A stretch of DNA of 64,000 nucleotides from Lingula anatina (lineage: Eukaryota; Animalia; Brachiopoda), in the NCBI GenBank assembly GCA_051362555.1, contig CM120649.1, forward strand, positions 8,866,001-8,930,000, in the 5' to 3' direction. This document shows positions 37,825 to 50,990 of this stretch, one piece after another (position 1 is the first letter of the stretch; each line of letters begins with the position of its first letter). Both the position numbers and the translations under genes were made by a program. The notes beneath the pieces were generated by a model. The model was given only the letters and a program-made list of their open reading frames with translations, was not told the DNA's origin and ran no database searches.

Positions 37825-38205
37825 GCTCGACTCGAACCTTTGGTTACCATCTTGTTAGTCTTTTTTTCTGCTCCTTGGTCTGTCGCCTTACCTATTGAGC
37901 CAAAGACTCAACTTGCTGTTTTCTCATTCTCATCATCCCTTGTAGTAGCTTAAGTTGTTTATTTGGGTTTATTTTTGCAAAAGGTAATTTGCTGGGACCT
38001 AGAAGCGCCAGGAATCGAACTGGCGACCTTCTGTCTCAGAGGCAAGCGCGTTACCTACTTCTCCAAGTGTTCCCACCCACCCTCCTCGGGTAGACTTTCT
38101 TGTTATAGTAACCGAAGAAAAATTTTGATAGCACCCCTTTGTAATTCCAAAGTGCCAGAACCAGGAATAGAACCCCAACCCCAGGCTACCACTGAGCCAC
38201 GTAGC
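37825..38205 (-). other. Three tandem degenerate tRNA-like (Pol III A-box/B-box) units
   Basis: Minus-strand pairs: TGGCTCAGTGG..GGTTCTATTCC (38164-38199); TGGAGAAGTAGG..GCCAGTTCGATTCCTGGC (38001-38073); TGGCTCAATAGG..GGTTCGAGTC (37829-37902). Confidence 0.6.
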
Positions 38206-40979
38206 CATTCAGTAAAAACGCTAAGACATTTTGTATATTTAATAAGTATTTTTATTCAGAGAAATACAGATTGCTTTTATGTATTCAATTGTTTATAAAA
38301 CATATTTCTGTAAAACATCATTGTCATTAGTCTATTTATTACTACATGTTTAAAAGAGTTCGAGTATCTGAAATATTATTATTGATATCTGTATTTAAAC
38401 TCACTGAAAGGTGTAACAAATATAACATTCTTATCTATTCGACTTGACAAATAAACTATCTACCACACTAATGGCCTTATGTTTATTTGATCTTAATGAC
38501 TCAAACAAAATATTTCAACACTTTCGTCGTGTTTGGCAAATAACATGTTAAAAGCCCTACGTAAAAATATATTCAGCGTTTACCCAGCTGTTGAGAGAAT
38601 AATAAACATTAGATTGTTAAAGGAATGTGAAATTGAAAAAATTCCTACAAAAACTATTTAGAAAACAAACTACATGTACATGTTCACTTATGAAGACTGG
38701 GTTAAAATCCAAGGAACATAGCACGATATTTCTCATAATTCCTACATCAATAAATAATTTGAAAAATCTCGTAAGAAATGTTTTGCAACCTTCTGAACAT
38801 AAAATGTTCTAAATACGAGAAAATATCCCTAATTTATGCATCATCTGGTCAATAGAAGGAAAGATGCTGGTTAAGGAGAATTGCCGAAAACAGTTAAATT
38901 TGGAAAATAAAACAATTTTCATTCACATAAATGGTCCCATCATCTTTACCCAGATTCTGTATTTGTTCAACAGATTAATGGCAAAAATATCAGTTATTTT
39001 TCATGATAAAACGTGTCATATGTAAGAACTACGTTCAGAGATAAGTAAAACACGAAAGTAGTTTCTTTTCCATCATATGAAGGGTATTTACATGTACAAA
39101 ATCGGCTTTTCAAGAAGGGATATTTCTCAAATGGAAATTTTTCCCAAATGGAAATTTCTTAATTTTACATACTTCACTTGTGACACAAAATAATCGATCT
39201 TGATTATATGACTTCTCTTACTCAACAAGACAGCAAATTTCAAGAGACGATAATCCTTTTTTTCTCATCTGTACATTAAAAGAAAGACATGCAATGAGCG
39301 TCAGTCGATACATTCTAGATTTCAGTCAATTTTGAGAATGAGACTGAAGAATATACTCACGCCAACAAAAAGAGAAATTAAGAATTCGACACCGGACTAG
39401 TAGAATTTATCAACAATTTCGATAATTAGGTGATATTATAGAAAAATATTTTACTTTAAACCGACATAAAATTTGTATTTTTGCGTACTAAACTAGAAAG
39501 TCACCCCTGCTGTCTTGCTGAAGAATACCACAAATGATATTATTTTACATGTCACGTGTGACAAACTTGACACTACGATAGTATAGAACATATTTCAATA
39601 AAGAACATATTTCAGTAGTAAAGAACATATTTCAATAAAGCAAGTTTTTAACTGATGACCATGCATTCTGATATATCATTATGTTTTAAATATGTTACAA
39701 TTTATTCGTAAAAGACCTCAAATTCGTGATGCTATATTGAAAAAAATAATAATAAAACACGTAAAAGACACCTTTGGACAAAGCCTTTTCAAATCCGTTG
39801 CAAACAGCATTTCGAGCATTTTTCGCCCCTTTTGTCTTGAAAGGTTGATATTATAATATGTCACGCAGAAATTAATACAACTTTAATTTAGCTCACACAT
39901 TTTAATAAAATGAAATATTATATATTAATTTAAGAAATCTTGTCAATATTCGAAATTGAAGTATTACTGTACACTGCTATAACCCCTTAATACTTGAATT
40001 ATGTTCTTTACTTCGGAAATGAACATTTGTTACTATACCTATATCAAATTTTATAATTCTACTACCAACCGCTCACTACCGGGTACATGTACGTGTAAAT
40101 ATCAACATGTCAATAGACAGACCCTCACAAGTCATTTCACAGCATTTTCCCCTCCTTGGCCATTTCTCGCGTAAACTTCCACTGCCACTACCATTTCTAC
40201 CGACGAATTTCAAAATACTGAACATGAAGTGCAACTGCGTCTTCCTTTGTTTTATGAGACGTGATGGTACGTGGGGGAAATTTTGTGAAATGATCAAAAC
40301 CACTCTTAAGCTTTTCAAAAATAATTCACAATTAATTTATCACCAAATACCTAACATTGATTTCTTAAACCTTTATATTAATTTGGCTGAAATTACGATA
40401 TTCGTATACTCAATATCTTGGCTGCCTTCGATTCACATCCTGACCACTCAGCACTGAGGAAGTGACGTCTCCTTCCAGGCTGTCCATCCCATTACATTCA
40501 TGGTAGGGGGAGGTGGCAGGTTTAAGTGGCCGCCTTTCCTTTTCAACTCTCACCAATATTTTACAGATGGAACTTCATTTGTGCTTTACATCATTAAAAA
40601 TACATTGGAGGAATTTGTGTTCAGTATATTTAAAAAAATGCCAGACGAAAATTAACCTGAGATCCTTATCAACCCCAAATTGAAACGACATTATTGAAAC
40701 GACACTGGCTATCGTCATATGACTCAATATGGTTCATTGATTTTAATATCTGAGCAGTTTTTGCTGTTTGACCAACTAGACCTTACGATAGCGCCATCTG
40801 GAGGTAAACAGAAATGCTGTAATGGGAAACTCGGTTCTTTCTTTGAGATTTATAATTTTATGAACATAAAATAAACAGCGAATAATTTATGAATATACGA
40901 TGCTTTAATGTTTTTTTCTGTACAATAAAATATATTTTGATGCAACTTTCTCATCTTTGTTCATATTCTTTCATGAATG

Positions 40980-41019
<40 letters not shown>

Positions 41020-42232
41020 CATTCTCTACTGTTAGCAAATACACCAATCGAATGGCGATTTGGTACCATGCGATTAATGAATCAAAAAAAATTCATCGCG
41101 TCTTTTAACCTAGGGAGACTCATATCATACCTATTTTAAAACAGTTGCACTGGCTCCCTGATAGAGCACGCATTTTATTCAAAATGTTAACTTTTAAGCA
41201 TGCAGTTTTTTTAATTAACACTCAGATGATAACTAAAGCTGTCGAAGAGAGCCACGGCCCTCAGAAGTATAAATTTGAGCGGAAGAATACAAAGGAACAC
41301 TTTATTTGCGTAGTTTAAAATATGTATATTATCACTAGCTGGTGAAACACACTACATGTAGTGCGGTCTATTTTATGACAGGTGAGGTGAAAATAACTTA
41401 GCTTAAACTTTGTTATTGGAGAAAAATGATGAACTTCTGAGAGCTGTTTAAAAAAGAGATTAAAACCAAGTTTTCAGCTCACCTTATCTACACCTGAATG
41501 AAATTGACAGTTAAATAAACACACGCCAATCATTACACTGATAAGTTAATATCATATATCACACGATTATTCGACTTACAACACTCAAATAACATTATAT
41601 TTTATCTTATAAAAGAAATGAATTTTTAAGTGATTGTATTTTATTTCCCCGGGAAAGGATATTTTAGCATAGGGGGCTCGGTCCATACGTAAAAACAACT
41701 TTCATACGAGATATATTTTGACGTCTTGGCTGTCTCAACATGGTTGTGACGACAACCACAGAATTGATGGAAATGTGCTAGATGTGACAAGCCGTTGACC
41801 ACTGTAAATACTCACGTACAGTGGGCCATAAAATCACCATTTATCTCACTAAAGAATATCGTTGAAAGGTTTTTAATGAACGTCTCTTGGCAGGGTTGAT
41901 TCAGCAAGTCAAAGTCAACAGGGTATAATTTGCAAAACCTTGTTATTTCTAACTTACTTTCGAACTGGTCATTATAAGTTGACGCCACATTCTAAAAACA
42001 TGTTTCCTACCACATTAAAAAAGGACATCTTTTTTTACAAAGTCAAAGAAATTACGTTTTAGCTTAATACCACAATCTAACGTTAAATAAACCCTCTCTC
42101 GAGCGCGCGTACGCATTTGCATGCAAAATCAACAAAGTCACAGACAGACTACACCTATTCCCTGTGCACCTACAGTAACTATGTCATTTTTCCTTGTATC
42201 CTCCAATGTCAAAATACAACTTGGTAGCTATT

Positions 42233-42239
42233 ACACACA

Positions 42240-42308
<69 letters not shown>
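42233..42308. repeat. (AC)n(AG)n microsatellite
   Basis: Direct reading. Confidence 0.95.
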
Positions 42309-42309
<1 letters not shown>

Positions 42310-42502
42310 AATCTATGAGTTGCAGAAGATACAGACATATCTAATTATGTCAATAACAATACCTTACGACATTATATGAAGGTGTACTGTAGATTGACAC
42401 TTTAAATGAAATTGGTGTCGGTAACTCATTCAAAATACAGGACATACCAGTATTACTTAAACTTGCACAAAAGTTTGAAAGCATCACGGAAGGATTATTG
42501 GT

Positions 42503-42557
<55 letters not shown>
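42503..42557. repeat. Poly-G run (~55 nt)
   Basis: Direct reading. Confidence 0.95.
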
Positions 42558-42560
<3 letters not shown>

Positions 42561-42611
42561 GGCCATCCGGGCAAATTTACGTCTTAGAAGCACGCGAGCT
42601 TCAATGAAATA

Positions 42612-42835
42612 ATGCTCGCCTGTCACGCGGGCAGTCCGTGTTTGATTCCTAACAGATGCAAAATCTGTTAAACCGACAACTATTTGGAAAAAACGATGTG
42701 CATTAATCCTCTATTAAGAAACGTATTCTTTGCACAAGGGAGTTTCCTGAGTAGAATACTTTATGGTACGGCAGCTATGGATATGTTTCTAAATGAATTC
42801 CTGGGTGGCAGGCTTTGTCAGTGATACGCTTTTAT
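42612..42835 (+). mobile_element. tRNA-Asp-derived SINE fragment
   Basis: GCTCGCCTGTCACGCGGGCAGTCCGTGTTTGATTCC aligns with the tRNA-Asp(GTC) anticodon and T arm (CCCGCCTGTCACGCGGGAGACCGGGGTTCGATTCC). A non-tRNA body follows. Confidence 0.65.
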
Positions 42836-43441
42836 AACTGTTCTCTAATAACTATAGAAACTTTTGTTGTTTTTTCTAAAAACTGCTTGTAAAAAAGAAG
42901 AACCAGAAACAGACCTCTTTCGATATGTTTTACTTCGATTAAGTGTAGTATATAGGCTAGTTGTTCTCAAAAATTGCACATGGTTGGTGCCAAAATAAAT
43001 CCTAGTTAGTATGTGGCCCACCCTAAATGCATGACTCAATTTTTGGATCCCACTCCAACCCTTTTTGTAGACAAAAAGAATGTAACCCACCCCTACTGTT
43101 TCCGCTACTGTTTCCGCCCCCCCCCCCCCCCCCCCGGGTACTTGTTATCATTCCCTCAATAAAAATATATAGCAATTGCTTTTTATAAGCATCTCAGTAT
43201 TAGGAATCGATAATTCATAAAAAGGTAAATGGATACTGAATACATATATAAATAATCTAACAGTGTGTAGAGGGCACACGTTGTCTGCTCACTGGATAGG
43301 ACATACATGTAGAACACATTGGAATAGAGGGAGGGGGGAGTACTCTCAGCACCTTCTGGCTGTTACTAAATTCATCCCAATAGAAGTATATATATATATA
43401 TCAATGCACCTTGAAAGATCTACATTATAGTTGTTAAATAC

Positions 43442-43479
43442 AATCCGAGCTTTCGGCCCCTGGACCTTCTTCGGGGATT
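43442..43479 (-). ncRNA. Minimal type I hammerhead-ribozyme-like motif (Penelope pLTR type)
   Basis: Minus strand AATCC-CCGAAGA-AGGTCCAGGGGCC-GAAA-GC-TC-GGATT gives stem I AATCC/GGATT, core CCGAAGA (canonical CUGANGA), stem II, GAAA and a palindromic AGCT stem III. Confidence 0.6.
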
Positions 43480-44729
43480 AAAAATACTTCTATTTTTATC
43501 AAGATCTATACAGTGAATCAACATGAATTAAATTCATCCCAGGAACGAGTCGAGCTTTGGTTCGTAACAAGAAAAAAATTCCATTTGGTAGCTTCAATTA
43601 AATTTTTACTGATAAATATATTATCGAATGATTTAATATCAAAATAAAGATTAATAAAAATCGCCACCTTTGGAATCTCTGGTTTGAGCATCACTTCCTG
43701 TCAGCTTTATTACTAAAGACAATCTAATTTGCATATAAGAGAAAAATGCAGTTTTTTGTTTGTTTTGGGTTCATTACACATTTTTTTCATAATTTTCAAA
43801 TATAAATGTTCCTTTTTCACTGATACACATATGAATATTTTATCAGTACGCGCAATTTATTAGTTAAACAATCATAAATAACCATCATATCCCAAGTGTA
43901 TATGACGTAATCTCTCCCAGGTCATAAAAGTGGTAAAATAGCGATGATTGCCGCCCAGCTGGTGAAGTAGGTCAATTGCCTGTATAAAACTGCCATACGA
44001 TTATCGATTTTTTCTAGTGTGGAACATTTTAGGGGGAAGACGGTGAGAGAATGTTATCAAGTTACCAAAAAATATTTGACATGAGTTAAGTTACTGAAAG
44101 CAAAGTATATTGTAATATTTTACAAAGTTAAAAAAGAGTCCCAATTATTTAATTTCACAGTGAATAATTTTGCAGATATCGTGAGACATTTTTATTTCAT
44201 CTGCCTCTCCCTAAAATGGCGCTGACCGCGTTAACTCTTCAACTCCCGGGAAACGCAGAGAATCCAGCGCGTTGTGACAGCATGAGAACCGATATGTAAA
44301 CATAGGAGCTGGGGTAGATTAAGAGAGAGTTAACCCCCCATCTCACACACACCCATTTTCCAATCAGCAGGGAGAGTATGTGGTGGACTAACATTGTAAA
44401 CTCTCCCTCAGCTCCAGGGCGTATATAAAGATGAAAAGCTATGTGCTTGCAACACTATTTCTACCCGGCAACCGCGGGCACTTCTTGAGAACAATAAGTG
44501 GGTTACTCGTAGTGGACAGTGGTCAACAAGCTGGAAGATAGCACTAGGGACACTTAGGTAAACTGACCATTGGTGATGGGGTCATCAGTTCACCACAATA
44601 CAGAGGTCACTGTTAGTGGGTTGTATTTGCATTTTCATAGATTTTGTATCAATAGTTTGTGTATGATATCATAATCAGTAATTTAATACCCGTGTATATA
44701 AAGCCCAGTGAGAACAGAGGGATGAGTTA

Positions 44730-45205
44730 CAGGGGCGGATCCAGGATTATTTAAAGGGGTAGGGTCCGTTTTTTAGGAATGACAGGCAACAGATGCAAAG
44801 CCGACCCTCGCCCCCCCCCCTCCTCCACCCTCATTGGCGTGGGGTTGGGACCCCACTGAAGGGTCCTGAAATTTTTTTGTATTTTAGAGGGCCAACGGTG
44901 CCCAGGCCCGTAGCCATGGGGGGTTCGGGGGGTTCGAAAGAACCGCCCCTTTTGCTGGAAAAGGTCCACTCTGAGTAAAATTTGATCTAGGTACATGAAG
45001 TTTTTATGGAAAAAGGTCCCCTTTTTCAGAAAACGAACCCCCCTTTTGAAATTGCTGGCTACGGGCCTGGTGCCATTTAGTATTGTTTGGAAATATGATT
45101 CAGCAAGTCAAAATTTTAATTTCAGAAAGGGACCATTGGTGTGATTTTTTCCAGAAATCAAAGGGAGTGAGGACCCCACTGACACCCCCCCTAAATTCAC
45201 CACTG
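44730..45205. mobile_element. CAGGGGCGGATCCAG-type non-autonomous DNA element with a nested MITE
   Basis: Starts CAGGGGCGGATCCAGG; degenerate right end CCCTAAATTCACCACTG. Related copies at ~33273 and 45368-45695. Confidence 0.6.
44903..45069. mobile_element. 167-bp MITE with TSD
   Basis: TIR CAGGCCCGTAGCCA / TGGCTACGGGCCTG with GTGCC duplicated on both flanks. A related partial copy lies at ~410-557. Confidence 0.85.
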
Positions 45206-47281
45206 ATTTTGATTTAAGGAAGCCCCTAAGAAGAAGGAACCATTAAAAAAGTTCAAATGTGTTAAGGCAATTGCGACATTGTAAATTTTGAGAAAAAATA
45301 CGGTATTTGGCAAATAATTCTGCAAAGAAGATACCACTTTGCTGAACGCTGTTTGCAGGTGGCATGACAGGGGCAGTTCCAGGATTTGAAAAGGGGGGGG
45401 GGTCAGTTTTTCTTACGAATAACAGGCCTTGGATTTGAAGCCTACCCTTGGCCCCCTTGTGTTAGGGTTCAGGACCCGCTGAAGGGCCCAAAAATATTTT
45501 GGTGTTTTGGAGGGCAAAATCGGGTCCATTTGGATTGGTTAAGGACTATAAAGCAGCTAGGGAATACAATTTATGTTGATTTTGAGAGGGGAGAATTAGT
45601 GTTGTTTTTTTTCTTTTCTTTTTTTTTTCTTTTTGGTTTTTGTAGAAACCGAAGGACCCCCCCCCCCCCCAATCCCCCTCAAAATCTACCTCTGGGTTAG
45701 CCTTTTTTAACCACTAAACTTCCCATGTTTTGACATTTGATTTGTTCACATATACATGTATTTATTATTATTATTGTTATGCTAGAATTTTATTGATTGA
45801 TTATAGCTCAGCATTCCTTATAAGTAACTGATACAGAATGTTGGCAGAGTTAGGTGGACTGTTGTGTTGTGTTGATTGATAACTTCTTAAAATATTGAAA
45901 TGACACTCTTTGAACTGGGAGAGAAGAGGGATTGTAAAAATTCACCAGGTGTGATTAACAACAATTTCTAACATTTTTCAGTCTATAGTAGAGTGTAGAC
46001 AAGTGGAACAAAATACAAATAATGGTTGTTTGCAAATTTATTACTTGTGACATGCAATTGAAATATTTAGTGATTAAGTTTAAGAACCAATTTTTGTCCA
46101 GTGACAGAGTTTAAAATGTACATAATTACCATGTTTTTTTGTTGTTTTTTTTTTGTTTTTTTTTTTTTTTTTTTTTTTTTGCTGTGTTGTCTGTCCTAGA
46201 ATCATTATGCAAAAAGTTATTAATACAGTTTGATGACATTTGTAGAAATTGAGGGGACCAAGAAACAAGTTAACAAAAAAAAAAAAAAGGATTTTGGTTG
46301 TGATCCATTTCTTAATAAGTAGTTCATTAATAAAATAAATCTGTTTATCAGCTCATTTAGCAAAAAGGGACTTAGGGATTTTGTGTGTGAGAAACAGAGA
46401 AAGAAAAACAGAGCCAGGGAGAGAGAGAAAAACAGACAGAGAGAGAGAGAGAGAGAAACAGAGAGAGACTCAGAGTGAAAGAGAAAAAGAGAAAGAGAGA
46501 GAGTGTGTGTGTGTGTTTGTGAAACGAAACGATTTCATTTTATCCACTAATTTGTATGGAAAAGACTGCTGGTACTCTTGGAATAATTGTCTTAGAAAGT
46601 GAAAAGGTTTGTGAATTTTGTCTTTAACGAAGTGTCATGAAACCTAGGAAATATTACTGATGTGAACATTTCCCTTTTTTAAGAAGACCAAAATCAGCTG
46701 GGATTTTAAAATTGTTTTTATTAATTTGTTTTATACTTTTCAGTTAGAACTCATTTACCTCTAAGGATCCGAAGTAATTTGAATATTTCAAGCTGCCCAA
46801 ATGTCTGAAGGCATTATGACCCGTTTTAAATAAAGCAAGACAACTACAGGCCATCCTTGCAGCTCCTTATGAATACCACCATAATTACTGAAGACAGTGA
46901 TTTCTTTCTGTATTTTTAAGTATCATATATAAACTGACGATTGTTTCTCAGGAAAACTAGCCGTGTCCAGACAAGGAAACATTTGCTTGGTACTGCGCAC
47001 CTTCTGTGACATTCCATTCCTTGATATTACAATTTTGGATTAAGAAACTTGCATAATCAAAGAATTGGCATATCTATTTCATTTAAACGTGAAAATGCTG
47101 AAATGTAGAAGCAAAAATATAATACTCAGTAATTGAGCTGTTTTTGGGTAAGTGCATATACCACTGTTCATGTATGTATCTATAGTTAAATGTTTCAATG
47201 TAAAAGAAATAAAATAAGAAATGTGATTAAACATTTTGAGATAATTTAGCTAGCACTGGGATCAGGGAGTCATAAATTCTG

Positions 47282-47392
47282 GTGCATTGTAATAAAGTAA
47301 TTGATGTAGTACTTCATTTATTGTGCATTGGAATAAAGTAATTGATGCAGTACTTTGTTTATTGCATTGGAATAAAGTAATTGATGTAGTAT
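47282..47392. repeat. ~39-41-bp tandem repeat x3
   Basis: TGCATTGGAATAAAGTAATTGATG(T/C)AGTA repeated. Confidence 0.85.
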
Positions 47393-47965
47393 TTTTATGT
47401 ACAGACACAGATGTGTCTGTACATATTGCCATCACCTGCGTCTGTCGTCGCCGATGCCGATGCCGATGGCGATGCCGATGCCGTCGCCGGCGCCGTGCAC
47501 TTTCCTTGTAAACACGATAAGTGGAAGGCAGTTTCACTTTTTGACTTTATATTTACAGAGCTGATGAATATTCATAAAACGCAGGTCAAGTTCGAAAATC
47601 AGCATGATCGGGCCATTATTGTAGAAGTTATGCTGTTTTTTCACTTTTCAGCATATATGCAACCTTGTAAACACATTTTAAGGAAAACCGTTAGGCCTGT
47701 TGTCATGAAACTCACAGGAGTAATCAATCTTACTAAAACGCAGGTCAAGTTCGAAAATCAGCATGATCGGGCCACTATTTTAGTAGTTATGCGGTTTTTT
47801 CATTGTTCAGCATATATGCAACACTGTAAACACAATATAAGAAAAACAGAAAGCCCAATTGTAAATAAACTCACAGGAATGGTCAGTCTTACTAAAATGC
47901 AGGTTGAGTTTGAAAATCAGCATAATCGGGGCATTATTTTAGAAGTTATGCTGTTTTTTCACATT
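47392..47965 (+). mobile_element. Helentron-associated (HINE/pearl-like) element with microsatellite and ~160-bp core tandem repeats
   Basis: T-rich start, hairpin ATGTACAGACAC-AGAT-GTGTCTGTACAT, (GCCGAT)n tract, then three units AAAACGCAGGTCAAGTTCGAAAATCAGCATGATCGGGCC at ~47576, 47735 and 47894. Confidence 0.7.
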
Positions 47966-48138
47966 TCCTCAGATTTAATTCTTAGGCATGTTAATAGCCT
48001 TATTATTTAAGTAATAAGATACGTAAAGGTGTTTGTTTGACATTTCCTGCATCTTTACAACATTGTTAGTTGATTATGTAAAAATGATGTTAAACCTGTT
48101 ATCATGTATTGTGTAATCAAGTGTCAAAAACGGAAATA

Positions 48139-50134
48139 AACTCATATCATTGCAGTTTGTCAGATTCAATCATCCACTATGTTCAGAATCTCAGAATGGA
48201 GGAAATTGGACATTTAACACTGTTCTATTGATATTTTTCTCATCTCATCAATTTTCTTAGTTGGTCATAAAAAAATGGCAGTAAAATGTTTATTTTGTTT
48301 TATGTTAAAAAAGTGTTAAAAATGGAAATAAACCCATTTCAGAACAGTGCTGTCTTGTTTACATTTTGGCATTTTCAAGATGTGACTTTGAAGTTCCATG
48401 GGCCTGAAGACCTTTGCTAGTCACATTTTCTGAATATCTGTGATACTAATATTTTATAATTAAAAATTAATGGTCATTATGCTGTTAAACATTATGTAAT
48501 ATTGCATCAAAATTTGAAGAAACCCCTATTTTGGGCACTGCTCCCATGATGACCATTTAAGGAAAATCATGTCACTTACTGTTCTCAAACTGACAAGAAA
48601 GAAACATGGGACTAAAATACAGCTTCAGTAGGCAATGCAGTCTGTTTGATAACTTTTTCTGGCAGTTAAACAGTTTTTTGTGAAAATTTAATTTTTCACA
48701 TGTTGGCATTTTTAAGGTGTGACTTTGAAGTTCCATGATCGTGAAGACCTTTGCTTGTCATGTTTTCTGAATGTCCATGTTACTAATATTTTATTAATAA
48801 CATTTGATGGTCATTATGCTGTTAAACATTATGTAATGTTGCATCAAAATTTGAAAAAAAAAACTATTTTGGGCACTGCTCCTATGATGACTATTTAAGG
48901 GAAATCATGTTACTTACTGTTCTCAAACTTACAGGAAAGAAACATGGGTCTAACATACAGCTTCAGTAGGCAATGCAGTCTGTTTGGTAAATTTTTCTGG
49001 CAATTTAACAGTTTTTTTGTGAAAATTTAATTTTTCACTTCTTGGCATTTTCAAGGTGCGACTTAGAACCTCCACGGGCTTGAAGACCCATGCTAGTCAC
49101 ATTTTCTGAAAATCCATGACACATGTATTTTATTATTAAAAATTGATGTATTATGCTGTTAAGCATTATGTAATGTTGCATCAAAATAGAAGAAAACACA
49201 ATTTTGGGTGCTTCTGCCATGATGACCATTATGGGAAAACCGTGTTACTTATGATTGTCAAACTTTCAAAAAAGAAACACAGGACTAAAATGCAGCCCGA
49301 GTTGGAAAAGCAGTCTAATTGGCTTCTTTTTCTGGAAGTTATACATTTTAGTGAAATATTCATTATCTTTTTGGCATATTCATTGTGGGACTCGGAGCTC
49401 CCATGGACATGAAGCCAGATGGTAATCAAATTTTCTACATGTTCATGCTATTTATAGTCAATAATCAAAAATTGGTGATAATTATTCTATAATTTATTAT
49501 GTAATGTTACATCAAAATTGACAATAATCTTTTTGCACTGCTACTGCAAACATTATGAAAAGAAAACTGTGTTATTTATTATTATATTTAACTTATGAGT
49601 ATGATTTTTAGGATTGGCATGCAGTTCAAATTAGAAAGCCAGGTCAATTGGGTTATCATTTATTATTGAATTTTATGCAGTTTTGTGTGAAATTTCATTT
49701 TTCTCATTCTGGCACTTTCTAAGTATAAACTTGAACTCTGATGGGCCTGAAGCCTTATGCTTTTACTTTCGTTGGTGTTACCTGTTGTGCAAAATTAAAA
49801 TTTGATGTTGACTGTGCAGTTAAACACAATGTATTATTGCATCAGAATTGGTAGTCTCCTATTTTGTGCATTATGGTTTTGTGCTTTTCTTAAGTTGTGA
49901 CTTATGGGCCTGAAAGACCTTTGAGAGGGTCAGTCTGTAAATTTCCCTTGGGTATCACTTAGCTAATTTCAGAGTTATAAAGTTATTTGCTTTAATAGGC
50001 CATGAAATGAGATTACATAAAGCACACTTGTCGATATTTCCCTGTAAACTCCCATAGATTAAGCTCTCTGCTAGATTAATAATAAGGAAGCAATGATAAT
50101 TATGCAGGTGAATTTTGTTTAATATTGCAAATAA

Positions 50135-50193
<59 letters not shown>

Positions 50194-50990
50194 AACTCCA
50201 AGATTAAAAGTTTGAATAGCAGCTTCATTGGAATTATATTTACCTCTGCCAAGGAGGTTATATTTTCACCCCTGTTTGTCATCAACATAACTCAAAAAGT
50301 TATGGACCGATTTTGCTGAAATTTTCAGGAACTGTCAGAAGTGGGCCAAAGAGGACAATAATCAATAATAATCAACAATTGCTACCTTGGCAGAGGTCTG
50401 CACTCTCGGAGCGCTTTTCTAGTTTTGTTATGTTTTCCTTTATAATTTTTTCTCAAACACTTGCATTTGTGACTTTTAACTCTCATCCGCCTGAGGCTCT
50501 GACATTTCTGTATTTCCACATAAGCAGTTGTATTGTTTTTTATGTATTTAAACATTATGTTACTAATGTAATATTATTTTATGCACTGTCATCATTTTTC
50601 AAATATTGAGACTTTCATCATGTGAATTTAAACTCATGGTCCTGAAACTGTAATCTTATTGAAAGGGTAGATTGAGACCATCTTCTGGGTCTTCCGGAAG
50701 ACAGTCAGGTTATTAAGTTTATATTGCCTGGTATCTATTTTTTCTTCTGTTGGAAGACCATCAAAATGGAGGATGGATCAAAATAGATACTTTGGAATAC
50801 TGTCAGAAAATATCTCTGGGTCCGCTCATGTTATTGACCATTTTACCTGTTGTGCATGATTAAAATTCAGTGTTGACTGACAGTGCTATTATAAGCATTA
50901 TTTATTATTGCATCAAAATTGACAAAATTACCTATTTTGCATCTTTATTTTCTGTTTTTTGTCTGTACATTTGACAGCTTTGCTGCCTTG
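48139..50990 (+). repeat. Local duplication, copy A (copy B at 55580-57800)
   Basis: Colinear from AACTCATATCATTGCAGTTTG to TTGACAGCTTTGCTGCCTTG, including the (AT)n tract and the HINE. Copy A has ~340-bp internal units at ~48365, 48703 and 49042. Confidence 0.92.
50239..50424 (+). mobile_element. HINE-type element (family of 5018-5246)
   Basis: TTTACCTCTGCCAAGGAGGTTATATTTT...CCTTGGCAGAGGTCTGCACTCTCGGAGCGCTTTTCTAGTT. Confidence 0.75.

Noticed and set aside
38001-38073. Functional tRNA gene
   Set aside because: The acceptor and anticodon stems do not pair properly; treated as tRNA-derived.
42350-42612. Poly-Pro and poly-Gly ORFs
   Set aside because: Translation of a G homopolymer whose length may be a sequencing artefact.
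47411-48010. 199-aa ORF with internal repeats
   Set aside because: It is a by-product of the (GCCGAT)n tract and ~159-bp core repeats of a HINE-like element; no protein motif.
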